Below are positions 45,827 through 55,403 of a stretch of 56,907 nucleotides of DNA, in pieces. A program made the translations under genes and the position numbers. Numbering within the stretch: position 1 is the first letter of the stretch; each line of letters opens with the position of its first letter. The notes beneath the pieces are model-generated. The model searched no databases. It worked only from the letters and a program-made list of their open reading frames with translations, and was not told where the DNA came from. The DNA comes from an uncultured Victivallales bacterium (lineage in GTDB: Bacteria; Verrucomicrobiota; Lentisphaeria; Victivallales; UBA1829), in NCBI GenBank assembly GCA_964581935.1, contig CAZORN010000002.1:1-56907 (forward strand). The letters are read 5' to 3'.

Positions 45827-47545
45827 TCAGCAGGGAATGAAGTCGAACTTGGCAACATCCACAAGCCCGCGGTCGGTCAGGCGCAGGAATGGAATCACCG
45901 GGAGCGGCAGAAACGCCAGCTGAAGGAAAGGATCGTGCAGCGTGCAGCCGGTTTCCAGCGCCGCTTCGTGGAGTTTCTTCAAATGGACCGCAACCTCTTC
46001 ATAACGGAGGTCGGAAAGCAGTCCGCCGATCGGCAGAGGCATCCTTTCCAGCAGTTTTCCGTTCACCGCGACCGCGAAGCCGCCCTGGGACTCTATCAGG
46101 GAATTGACCGCCAGCGCCATGTCTTCGTCGGAGACTCCGACCACACAGAGATTGTGGCTGTCGTGTCCCACGCTGGACGCGATGGCCCCGGCCCTCATTC
46201 CGAAGCCTTTCACAAAACCGTGCGAAATGTTGCCGTTCTTTCCATAGCGCTCCAACACGGCGATCTTGGCGACGTCCTGTTCCGGAGAAATCCCTTTTTC
46301 CCCGCCGTCGAAGGGCAGTTCCAGCTCCAGCTTCTGCGTGATGAGAGTGCCTTCCGTGACTCCGATGACCGGAGTCGATGCGCTCTTTGAAAATACCTTG
46401 AAGTCCGAGGCGGAAACGGGCGCGCGCCGGACGGAATTCCGGAATGCGGAAAAATCGGGTGCGGGAGAACGGGAGGCGAAGAGGGCTTCGTTGACCGTTT
46501 TGCCGTTCTTGAGGACTTTTTCGATTTTGCATTTTTCCAGATCGGAAAGCAGGACGATGTCGGCTTTGTAGCCCGGGGCAAGGAGCCCGCGCGCTCCCAG
46601 GGAAAAATGTCTGGCGGCGGACACGGACGCACAGCGGTACGCCGCAAGAGGTTCGACACCCAGTTCGATGGCCCGTGCAATGATGTAGTCGATATGCCCA
46701 TGCCGTTCGATGTCCAGCAGATTGCGGTCGTCGGTGCAGAAGGAGATGAACATGGAATTGGCCGGGGTAATCAGCGGCGCCAGCGCGTCCAGATTTCTTC
46801 CGACGCTTCCTTCCCGGATCATCAGATGCATACCCTTGCGGAGTTTTTCCAGCGCTTCCGCCGGGTCGCTGCTCTCGTGACAGTTCCGCACGCCCGCGGC
46901 AAGATAGGCATTGAGGTCCTTGCCGGAAAGCAGAGGGGAATGCCCGTCGATCCGTCCCTGAAAAAGCTCGATCTTTTCCAGCACGTCGGGAGACTGGAAA
47001 AGGACTCCCGGAACATTCATCAGCTCGGCAAGTCCGGAGGAATGCGGTTCGGAAACATAGCGCGCGATGTCTTTCGCCGAAAGGGAGGCTCCGGCGGTCT
47101 CAAGATGGGTGGCCGGGACGCAGGAACTGATCTGGACCCGGAGATCCATCCGCATTTTTCCGGCGCATTCCAGAAAATAGTCGATGGCGCGGGTTCCGGC
47201 GGTATTGGCCAGTTCGTGGGGATCGCAGACCGCCGTGGTCACGCCATGCGGGAGCGCCATGCGTTCAAATTCATACGGTGTGATCATGGAGGATTCCAGA
47301 TGTACATGGCTGTCGATGAAGCCGGGCACGGAGGTCAGCCCGGTTCCGTCGATGACGATATTTCCGTCATATTTTTCAGGTCCCGCGCCGAGAATGGTGT
47401 CGCCGCAGATGGCGATGTCCCCGACGGTGAAGGAGCCGTCCGTGAGATGGAATATCCGCACGTTCCGGATGACCGTATCCGCTTTTTCGACACCGCGCGC
47501 CTGGGCAATGATTTTTTTCAGTTTTTCGTGCATAAGCATCTCCAT
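45827..47545 (-). CDS. ade: adenine deaminase
   Basis: IRNVRIFHLTDG...VPGFIDSHVHLESSMITP...GVTTAVCDPHELANT are hallmark amidohydrolase and adenine deaminase motifs. The length is 572 aa. Confidence 0.92.
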   Translation of the reverse strand: MEMLMHEKLKKIIAQARGVEKADTVIRNVRIFHLTDGSFTVGDIAICGDTILGAGPEKYDGNIVIDGTGLTSVPGFIDSHVHLESSMITPYEFERMALPHGVTTAVCDPHELANTAGTRAIDYFLECAGKMRMDLRVQISSCVPATHLETAGASLSAKDIARYVSEPHSSGLAELMNVPGVLFQSPDVLEKIELFQGRIDGHSPLLSGKDLNAYLAAGVRNCHESSDPAEALEKLRKGMHLMIREGSVGRNLDALAPLITPANSMFISFCTDDRNLLDIERHGHIDYIIARAIELGVEPLAAYRCASVSAARHFSLGARGLLAPGYKADIVLLSDLEKCKIEKVLKNGKTVNEALFASRSPAPDFSAFRNSVRRAPVSASDFKVFSKSASTPVIGVTEGTLITQKLELELPFDGGEKGISPEQDVAKIAVLERYGKNGNISHGFVKGFGMRAGAIASSVGHDSHNLCVVGVSDEDMALAVNSLIESQGGFAVAVNGKLLERMPLPIGGLLSDLRYEEVAVHLKKLHEAALETGCTLHDPFLQLAFLPLPVIPFLRLTDRGLVDVAKFDFIPC

Positions 47546-47672
47546 GGTGTTTTCCGCAATTTAAATCGTGGAGCCAGGAAATGCAATCGGAAGAATAATA
47601 AAGAGTTGCATTTTCTCCGGATTCATGCTATTTTGAATGGAGACTATGTCAAATCAACAAAGGACATGAAAA

Positions 47673-49130
47673 ATGTGGTGGTTTCTCGGAGGGATTCTTC
47701 TTCTCGCGCTGGGGTATTTCACGTATGGGAAAATGGTGGAACGGATCATCGGTCCGGACGACCGCGAAACGCCGGCGAAAAAACATCCGGACGGCGTTGA
47801 CTTCGTGGTCCTTCCGAACTGGAAAAACATGCTGATCCAGCTGCTGAACATCGCCGGGGTGGGTCCGGTCATCGGAGTGATCCTCGGCATCAAGTTCGGA
47901 ATCGTCGTATTCTTGATCATCCCGATCGGAAACATCATCGGAGGGGCGGTGCACGACTTCACTTCGGGCATGATGTCGCTCCGTCACGACGGCGCAAATC
48001 TTCCGAAACTGGTGGAAATTTCGCTCGGGAAAAGAATTTCCCACATTTTTAGCGTTTTCATGATTCTTCTTCTGCTTCTGGTGGTGGCGGTTTTCATCAA
48101 CATCCCTGCAACGCTTTTCGACAAGCTCTTTCCTGAATACCAGCTTTTCTGGGCCGCGATTGTCGTCATTTTCCTGTATTACATCTGCGCCACGCTGTTT
48201 CCCGTGGATAAAATTATCGGTGCGATCTATCCGTTTTTCGGAGCGGTCCTTCTGATCGGTACTTTCGCGATTTTCTTCACGCTGGTGAAGGAAGGGTTCC
48301 GCCACCCGGAACTCCTGACCGAGACCGCCGCCTTCAAAGCGGGAATCATCCAGCAGCCGATCGTCCCGGCGCTCTTCGTCACGATTGCCTGCGGAATCCT
48401 TTCCGGGTTCCACGCGACACAGTCGCCGATCATTGCGCGGACCATGTCCTCCGAGCGTCACGGACGCAGCAATTTCTACGGGATGATGATTCTGGAAGGG
48501 ATCATCGCGATGATCTGGGCGGCGGGCGGCATGGCCATCTACAACATTTTCCCTGAACTCATGAAAGTCGATCCGAACACGGTCCTTGGAAAGATCACTT
48601 CCTATTTTCTCGGCTCCGGAATGGGAACCGTCACGATTCTGGCCGTCATCATCCTTGCGATCACTTCGGGCGACACCGCCATGCGGAGCATGAGGTTGAG
48701 CCTGGCCGAGATTTTTCACATTGATCAGGTCAAAACCATGAATCGGATTCTGCTCTGCCTTCCGTTGATCGTGATCATCACTTTTCTCCTCTGGTGGTCC
48801 AACATCAGCGCAAAAACGTTCGGCTACCTGTGGAATTATTTCGCATGGGGAAATCAGGTGCTGGCGGTCTTTACTCTCTTTTCGGCGTCCGTCTGGCTTT
48901 CCATGCAGAAGAAAAATTCCGTCATCACCATGGTGCCCGGCATCTTCATGATGTTTGTCGTCACGACTTTCATTCTGTGGACCTCTCCGGCGCACGGCGG
49001 ACCGTGGGGCTTCGGACTTCCCCTGGAAATGGCCTATTCATTTGCCGGCAACCTCACCGTCCTGACAGCCGGGCTTGTCTTCTACCGCGGCATTGTCATG
49101 CGGAGTGAAAACAAGCATCTGCTGAAGTAG
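47673..49130 (+). CDS. cstA: carbon starvation protein CstA family transporter
   Basis: The N-terminal LLALGYFTYGKMVERIIGPDD...PDGVDFVVLPNWKNMLIQLLNIAGVGPVIGVILG is typical of CstA. It is a multi-TM protein. Confidence 0.9.
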   Translation: MWWFLGGILLLALGYFTYGKMVERIIGPDDRETPAKKHPDGVDFVVLPNWKNMLIQLLNIAGVGPVIGVILGIKFGIVVFLIIPIGNIIGGAVHDFTSGMMSLRHDGANLPKLVEISLGKRISHIFSVFMILLLLLVVAVFINIPATLFDKLFPEYQLFWAAIVVIFLYYICATLFPVDKIIGAIYPFFGAVLLIGTFAIFFTLVKEGFRHPELLTETAAFKAGIIQQPIVPALFVTIACGILSGFHATQSPIIARTMSSERHGRSNFYGMMILEGIIAMIWAAGGMAIYNIFPELMKVDPNTVLGKITSYFLGSGMGTVTILAVIILAITSGDTAMRSMRLSLAEIFHIDQVKTMNRILLCLPLIVIITFLLWWSNISAKTFGYLWNYFAWGNQVLAVFTLFSASVWLSMQKKNSVITMVPGIFMMFVVTTFILWTSPAHGGPWGFGLPLEMAYSFAGNLTVLTAGLVFYRGIVMRSENKHLLK

Positions 49131-49533
49131 ACGACCGGGAAATACCGTTTCCGCCGGAAATCTCTTTCCTTGTTTTCAATGCGGCGGAAACGTCACCCGT
49201 GACGCACCGTTTTTGCCGATATGTCAAGATGGTATCAAAGAAAAATTAAAATTTTTTTTTGGTAATTCGACATGACATATCCGGTATTGTACCGTATATT
49301 TTTTATCAAAGGCACAATTTTTGTTCAAGATAAACGTTGTCCGTAACAAACATTTTCTTTTGCCGTAACAAGACACGGATGACAGAAATGACGATGGAGG
49401 AAAAATAATCGAATGATCATGGAAAAAATACGGCGTCTCCATTGAAATATTCCTGCTCCCGTATTATTGTCCGGTAACAATACGCTTCATTGGCTCAGCC
49501 TTCATCACCCTGCTGGAAAGCGGTACAAAAGAT

Positions 49534-51747
49534 TTGGATAAAATGGTCTCGTTCATTAAAAAATTCATCACGAAAAGGACCATTTTCACAGCAGCGGTCC
49601 TCCTGTATTCGTTTCTTCTCATAGGGTTCTGCATTTTTCGCTTCTGTTTCAGCAATCTGGAAGTCCTTATCGGAATTGAAGGCGAGTCCCCCTCTCTGGT
49701 TACGCTGGTTATAGACAAAGGGGAACGGCTTTCCTATACCCGTAAATATTTCTTTGCGAATTTTCAGGAAGTCATTACTTTCTACGTCAATGAAATAAAT
49801 GCTCCTCCGGAAAAACGGACCATCAATTTTGAAAGGATCCGTCACTATCAGGAAGATACCTATCCGCAGGATTATTCAGACATCCGGGATTATACAATCT
49901 CGCGGATCGTTTTCATGAAAAATTTCCGAAAACAGACGATTCCCGGGTACAGACTTTCCGAATTTTATACGCCGCATGACATGCTTATCCTGAAGACCGG
50001 AGAGGGAAAAAGCGTTATACAGACGACCGGGGTTCATCCTGAACTTCGTCCCATCGCCCGGAACTTCGACCGTCTGACAGCCGAATTCGCCTGGGATGAT
50101 TTCCGCCAGTTCGTCCTTTTTGTTCTCACGGTTTCCGTGGCGGTTGTGTTCCTGCTTTACGGGCTGATTCTCTACTACGGTCCGTTGTGTAATTCAATCG
50201 CCCGATTGTGGTCGCCGGTTCAGCGCCTATATACACGCTGGCCCAGAATTTCCGCTCTGGCGGTCCTCTCCGGAATGGTTCTTGTTTTTGTTCCCGGAGA
50301 ATCGGAACGCGCCTTCTGCGAACTTGTTCCACCGGAGCCAGCCGATGCGCGGGACGTCTTCTTTCTGTCGCGGGGCAGCAACTTCTGCGGACTGGAGTTC
50401 AAAGTCCCCGAAACAGCGGAAAAAGCCTTCGGGTCCATGACGCTTGAGCTGTATGAAAAAGGAAATCCCGTTCCTCTCCGGAAAACTGTTCTGCCGGAAG
50501 GGGAATGGAAAGGAAAGCCGTCCGCAAACTGGACCTTTTTCCCTGTTTTTGAATCCCGGTACAAGATGTTTTCGCTCAAGCTCAGTCTGCCGTCCGGTCA
50601 ACCGCTGGTTTTGAAGGCTCCCCCCGTGGCATCGTACCTTCTTATTTTCAGCCATGCGGCGATTATCGGAGCGCTTTCCCTGATTGCCGCCCTGACCTGG
50701 CTTCTGGAATGCTTGAAAAAGAGCCGTGAAAAGAAAGAAACGTCTTCTCCTGAACCCCGCCACCATCCGAAAAGAGCGTTCGACTACGGAATGCACTATT
50801 TCCGGGCCTTCGCCATCATCAGCATCGTCTTCGCCCATTTCTATCATACGGACCTGAGTTTTTCCATCTTCAACTGTTCCACAATTTTCTTCCTTTTCAT
50901 CTCCGGATACCTTCTGATCTATCTGGACCGGAATGATTTCCAGATCCTGACCTATTACCGCAAAAAATTCATGACCGTTCTTCTTCCCTACATCATCATT
51001 GCAGCTCTGATTTATGTTTACCGGATACAGAATATCGACGTGTCCTCCATTTTCTGGTACTATAAAAATCTCCCGATGGAAATCATCCTCGGCTATCGCA
51101 TCTGCGCACAATTCTGGTATATCCCCTTCATTGCGATTGTATTCCTTTTCACTCCGCTCCTGATGAAAATGCCGCGTTCGTGGCTGAGGAACATCACACT
51201 GGTGTCACTCTTCGTTCCTCTTTACGCGGTCCGCCGCGATTTCCTCACGGGGTTCCTCGATTCCGTTGAGGTTATGGCCTTTTTCGTGCCGATCTATCTG
51301 GCGGGCATGTGTTATGCGCTGGACAAGGAAAAAATCGACCCGGTGCTGCGGAAATACTGGATTCATCTGGCCGTGATCTCTGTGGCCCTGACCTTTTTCA
51401 TTTATTTCAGGAATACGAAGCTTCCCGTCAACACTGCCGCGCTGTATGTTCAGAAAATGTGTTTCACCGGACTTGTGGTTCTGGCCCTGAACCGCATCAG
51501 CCACAAGAAAATCCGGGTTCTGGACCTTTTCGCCAAATACAGTTTTTCCATTTACTTCCTGCACGTTTTCCTGGGGGAGCCGCTGATCACGTTTTTCGGC
51601 AGTTACATCGCACGTCTCGGCGTGCAGCAGGTCAACGATTTCATTACTTTTGTTGCCGGAATCTGTTCCTTGTTCACGGTTCTGTTCATCTGTCTCCTCC
51701 TGAAACAGATCACCGGACGTTATTCCAGAAACCTCTTCGGCGGATGA
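49534..51747 (+). CDS. membrane protein with an unknown ~390-aa N-terminal region fused to a C-terminal acyltransferase-3 (AT3) domain
   Basis: The AT3 entry motif FDYGMHYFRAFAIISIVFAH is followed by about 9 TM helices. The N-terminal part has TM segments and a soluble region with no recognised motif. An alternative start is ATG 49543. Confidence 0.85.
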   Translation: MDKMVSFIKKFITKRTIFTAAVLLYSFLLIGFCIFRFCFSNLEVLIGIEGESPSLVTLVIDKGERLSYTRKYFFANFQEVITFYVNEINAPPEKRTINFERIRHYQEDTYPQDYSDIRDYTISRIVFMKNFRKQTIPGYRLSEFYTPHDMLILKTGEGKSVIQTTGVHPELRPIARNFDRLTAEFAWDDFRQFVLFVLTVSVAVVFLLYGLILYYGPLCNSIARLWSPVQRLYTRWPRISALAVLSGMVLVFVPGESERAFCELVPPEPADARDVFFLSRGSNFCGLEFKVPETAEKAFGSMTLELYEKGNPVPLRKTVLPEGEWKGKPSANWTFFPVFESRYKMFSLKLSLPSGQPLVLKAPPVASYLLIFSHAAIIGALSLIAALTWLLECLKKSREKKETSSPEPRHHPKRAFDYGMHYFRAFAIISIVFAHFYHTDLSFSIFNCSTIFFLFISGYLLIYLDRNDFQILTYYRKKFMTVLLPYIIIAALIYVYRIQNIDVSSIFWYYKNLPMEIILGYRICAQFWYIPFIAIVFLFTPLLMKMPRSWLRNITLVSLFVPLYAVRRDFLTGFLDSVEVMAFFVPIYLAGMCYALDKEKIDPVLRKYWIHLAVISVALTFFIYFRNTKLPVNTAALYVQKMCFTGLVVLALNRISHKKIRVLDLFAKYSFSIYFLHVFLGEPLITFFGSYIARLGVQQVNDFITFVAGICSLFTVLFICLLLKQITGRYSRNLFGG

Positions 51748-51979
51748 AGCACGCGTTCTTCAGGAAGGACTGAAAGTCCCTTCCTGATGCGGGAGGTGTC
51801 CTCCGCATGGAAGCGATGATTCGCCCGCCGTATTCGTGGCGGTCCGCATCTCTCCGTCGTTTCCCGGCGGGGAAGAAGAGGTATTGTCCTGTTTCAGCTT
51901 TTTTCCGCAGCAGCAGGGGCCGTGCCTGCCGCAGCAGACTCCCGATTCGGATGCACTGCACATGGTCGTCTCCTGTTTT

Positions 51980-52477
51980 TCAGATGGCGTTTTTCAGCTG
52001 TTCCACCCATGCGACGATGCGCGCGGGCGTCTTGTCCGGGTCATTGTTGTCGTCCAGAGCAAGACCGCAGAATTGTCCGTCGGTTTCCGCCAGAGACCCC
52101 GTGTTGGAATATCCTTCGGCAGAGGTCTTTCCGACCAGTTCCGCGCCGCGTTCGGCGGCCTTTTTTGCGAGGATTCCGAGGGCATCGCAGTAGGTGTCCG
52201 AAAAACCGCTCTGATCGCCGGTTCCGAACACGGCGACCTTTTTGCCGGAGAGATCGGCGCTTTCCAGAAGGGAGAGTCCGGCGGCCCAGTCGTCCTGAAG
52301 TTCTCCGAGACCCCATGTCGAACATCCGAAAATCAGCAGATCGGCTTGAAAGTCGTCCGGAGTCGCGTTGACGATTGAGACCGCCTCCGTTCCAAACATT
52401 CCGGCGATCTGTTTTGCCGCGCTTTCCGTGTTTCCCGTGGTGCTTCCGTAGAGGACGTTCACTTTACCCATTTGCAA
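51980..52477 (-). CDS. long-chain flavodoxin
   Basis: VNVLYGSTTGNTE is the FMN phosphate-binding loop. Also present are LIFGCSTWGLGELQDDW and KKVAVFGTGDQ. An alternative start is ATG 52471. Confidence 0.9.
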   Translation of the reverse strand: MQMGKVNVLYGSTTGNTESAAKQIAGMFGTEAVSIVNATPDDFQADLLIFGCSTWGLGELQDDWAAGLSLLESADLSGKKVAVFGTGDQSGFSDTYCDALGILAKKAAERGAELVGKTSAEGYSNTGSLAETDGQFCGLALDDNNDPDKTPARIVAWVEQLKNAI

Positions 52478-53099
52478 TGCTCCTGTTCTCCGGGGTTCCC
52501 CGGAAGGTTGTCTGGTTGAAGAAAGTCTGCAAGCCGCCGCAGGCGTCCAGCAGATCGGACGCGATCCGTTCTGCCTGACGGTAGAGATTCATTCGCGAGA
52601 GCGATTCGGAGGCGTCGCCGAACACCTGCCAGTTTCCGTTCCGGATCGGAGTCCGGGGCTGCCGTTCAATGAATCCGGCGACATCCTTTGGCGGATACCC
52701 GATGAAGATTCCAACCTCGTGCGGGATATTGTCTCCGGCGCAGCGTTTCCGGAGGGACGCGAGGGCGTCTTGCGCCGCAGCGCCTTCGGGATATCCGCAG
52801 CGCGAGAGAAACGCGCGGGCTTCCGGGGCCGACAGCGTGTTTTCAAGACTCTCCCGGCGGAAGAAAAGAACAAGGGAACTGGAGAAATTGGAGTAGAGAA
52901 TATGATGGTCCAGCCGGAGGATTTCAAAGATTTCGGTACAGGAGAGAGAGTCGGACATCGGACTTGAATCCCTTTCCTCATAGCGATGGCGGACCCTGAG
53001 AAGTTCCCCCGGCTTCACGCCTTCCCTGACCGCCGCCGTCTTCAGCCAGAAAAAGCGGAGCCATTTCTCCCTGACGCTTCCGGAAATCATGCTCGACAT
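52464..53099 (-). CDS. DUF3793-like protein, overlapping the flavodoxin gene
   Basis: GVKPGELLRV...CPHEVGIFLGYP-type motif, here IPHEVGIFIGYPPKDVAGFI. From memory, DUF3793 is frequently paired with flavodoxin. Confidence 0.7.
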   Translation of the reverse strand: MSSMISGSVREKWLRFFWLKTAAVREGVKPGELLRVRHRYEERDSSPMSDSLSCTEIFEILRLDHHILYSNFSSSLVLFFRRESLENTLSAPEARAFLSRCGYPEGAAAQDALASLRKRCAGDNIPHEVGIFIGYPPKDVAGFIERQPRTPIRNGNWQVFGDASESLSRMNLYRQAERIASDLLDACGGLQTFFNQTTFRGTPENRSIANG

Positions 53100-53350
53100 C
53101 TTGTTCCTCCGTATTTTTATTAGTCTTGTCTAATTCGTTTCTTCTGAAAAAGCACGCCCTCTTCCGAAAAAGAGAAGCATGCGTGTTTTTATCCGTTATT
53201 TTTTAATATAACAGATGTTTTTCGCTTTTCAATTAGGCATGGCTAATTATTTTGAAATTTATATCCGCCCGATGGTTTATCCTGCCGGTTTTAATTCTTT
53301 CACGGACGAATTGGCGGATGAACGAACTCCTCCGGATTCAAGAACCCGTG

Positions 53351-54214
53351 TCAGGAGCTTTTCATTTTCCGGAAAGCTCCGGGAGAGATCCCATAGCGTC
53401 TGGAAAAGTGCCGGATCAGATGGTTGGAGTCACAGAATCCGCAGTGATAGGCTATATAATCAAGCCTCTCGCCGGTAGTGCGGAGCAGAGATTCAGCCAA
53501 TTCCAGCCGCTTCTGACGTTGATATTCCAGAGGAGAACAGCCCGCGAGTTCATGGAACCGGCGGAAGAAATTGGTCCGGGAAAGACAGCAGAGCCGCGCC
53601 AGCTGGCCGACCGAAATATTTTCCCGGCAGTGGAGATTGAGATAATGGAGCGCCGGCACTGCGGCGGATACGTATTCCGATTGGCTCGCCCGGCCTCCGG
53701 CGCGGCAGAGCCGCACGAGGACAGCAACGAAAAGACCGAATGCGCAAAGGTGTTTTCCGGGCGCATCCCCGTTCAGTTCGTGTTCCAGCTGGGCAATCAG
53801 GGATTCCACGGAAGAGAGGGCTTCTTCATCAAGGTGAACGATCGGTTTTTCCGGAGATGCTTCGCGGCAGGTCGGATCGAGAAAAGAACAGAAGCAGCGA
53901 AGTTCGCCGCCGTCGAGATGGGGGAGCGGAAGTTGATCGGCATTGTAAATCAGGTTGATGAGTGCAAGATGTCTGGTATCCTCATAGGCGTGGATGCTTC
54001 CCGGATGCATGAGAATGACGTCTCCGCGCGTCAGGGGGGCGGAGCGGCCATCCGCCCAATGTACGGTATCGGTCGAGTTCAGGATGATCGCGGCTTCTGA
54101 AAATTTGTGCTCGTGAAAATTCATGTCGCGGTTTTTTCCGTAACCGATCCGGGTCAAAGCAATTTTGAGTTTTTCCAGATGCAGAGGTTGTTCCTGAAAG
54201 AAATATGTTTTCAT
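53351..54214 (-). CDS. AraC family transcriptional regulator (cupin N-terminal domain)
   Basis: The N-terminal cupin-like region is FHEHKFSEAAIILNSTDTVHWADG...GDVILMHPGSIHAY. The C-terminal helix-turn-helix is VGQLARLCCLSRTNFFRRFHELAGCSPLEYQRQKRLELA...IAYHCGFCDSNHLIRHFSRRYGISPGAFRK. Confidence 0.85.
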   Translation of the reverse strand: MKTYFFQEQPLHLEKLKIALTRIGYGKNRDMNFHEHKFSEAAIILNSTDTVHWADGRSAPLTRGDVILMHPGSIHAYEDTRHLALINLIYNADQLPLPHLDGGELRCFCSFLDPTCREASPEKPIVHLDEEALSSVESLIAQLEHELNGDAPGKHLCAFGLFVAVLVRLCRAGGRASQSEYVSAAVPALHYLNLHCRENISVGQLARLCCLSRTNFFRRFHELAGCSPLEYQRQKRLELAESLLRTTGERLDYIAYHCGFCDSNHLIRHFSRRYGISPGAFRKMKSS

Positions 54215-54610
54215 ATAGCGTCTTTTTTCTTTTGGTTTCTCACGCGCTTGTTCCGGTTTCCGTCCCGCTTTCAGGACCGCATGAACCCGTATCTGGAATA
54301 CACCGTATTGATGTGTGATATTTTTCCGGGAATACCTTCGTCCCCATATAGATTTTTCATTTTGGAACCAATATAATATTATTTGGTATTTCTGTCAAGG
54401 TGTTTCGTATTTTCAGGAGTATAATAATTCAGTGACATAGGACTTGCCAAAAAAATATGTTGGGGTGGAATTAAAAAAAACACGGATATGGAAGCAGGGA
54501 GAATCAGCTTCGATATGTGACACTTCACAGAAAAGATCCCTGATCGGCGACATCATCCGGTTTCGTTCTGAGAGAACCATGAAAAATCAACTATCATAGA
54601 AACAGGAGGA

Positions 54611-55375
54611 ATGAAGATGAAAAGGATACGCCCGGAAAGAAACCTCATGAATTTTACATTAATCGAATTGCTGATCGTCATTGCGATCATCGCGATTCTG
54701 GCGGGAATGCTGTTCCCGGCTCTTCAAAACGCCCGGGAAAGGGCGCGTGCGATTACCTGTACTTCCAATTTGAAACAGCTTGCATTGTCCATGCTGCAAT
54801 ACGTCATGGACAACAAAGACGCCTTCCCGCTCCGCATGGCGGCAGATGAGATTGGCGAAGTTTCTTGGTCCCTGACGATGATCAAAAACAAATATGCCAC
54901 CGGGAAAATGTTTCTCTGTCCGAACGGAAAAGCGTACAGCACCGCCACAAACTGGGGAGCGGACATCATAAAGAAATGGGAAACCGTTGCCGATCAGGAA
55001 TCTTTTTATGACGCGAATCCAACGAACAGGAACAAACCTTACGTTTATTCTTCCTACGGCATTACCGAATGGCTGTATCCGGATGGGGTGGATTACAGTC
55101 GCAGTCAATTCATCAAACGTTACAACCATCCTTCGCGGAAGCTCATGTTCGCCGATACGAAGGACCGCGCCAACTGGGAATTGTCTCCGCCCCGCTACAT
55201 CGGCAGCTCAACTTGCGGATATGCGGCAACCCGGACCGGCGTAATTTCTCCATGCCACACTGGAAACAAAAGTACAAATATCGCCTGGATGGACGGTCAC
55301 GTCACGACAATGACCTTTGTCAATCCTATATTCCCCTACGTTTATTTGACGACTGATTTTTTTACAACGAAATAG
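54611..55375 (+). CDS. prepilin-type N-terminal domain protein (HX9DG-like), pseudopilin-like copy 4
   Basis: N-terminus [56 protein letters not shown]. The C-terminal [16 protein letters not shown] has the DGHV motif with an 11-residue spacer. ATG 54617 is better spaced from the GGAGG. Confidence 0.9.
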   Translation: MKMKRIRPERNLMNFTLIELLIVIAIIAILAGMLFPALQNARERARAITCTSNLKQLALSMLQYVMDNKDAFPLRMAADEIGEVSWSLTMIKNKYATGKMFLCPNGKAYSTATNWGADIIKKWETVADQESFYDANPTNRNKPYVYSSYGITEWLYPDGVDYSRSQFIKRYNHPSRKLMFADTKDRANWELSPPRYIGSSTCGYAATRTGVISPCHTGNKSTNIAWMDGHVTTMTFVNPIFPYVYLTTDFFTTK

Positions 55376-55403
55376 AGCCGCTTTCAGCAGAAAGAGAGAA
55401 CCC

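Noticed and set aside
54516-54529. TGTGA-CACT-TCACA, which could be a CRP/FNR-type site in the cassette-4 leader.
   Set aside because: The arms are separated by 4 nt rather than the 6 nt of CRP-family sites. The sequence occurs once, with no supporting context.
54578-54598. A mini-ORF, ATG AAA AAT CAA CTA TCA TAG (MKNQLS), overlapping the shared 14-mer, which could be a leader peptide.
   Set aside because: The copy of the 14-mer at 39075-39090 is read in a different frame with no ATG. A conserved leader peptide therefore does not explain the shared sequence.
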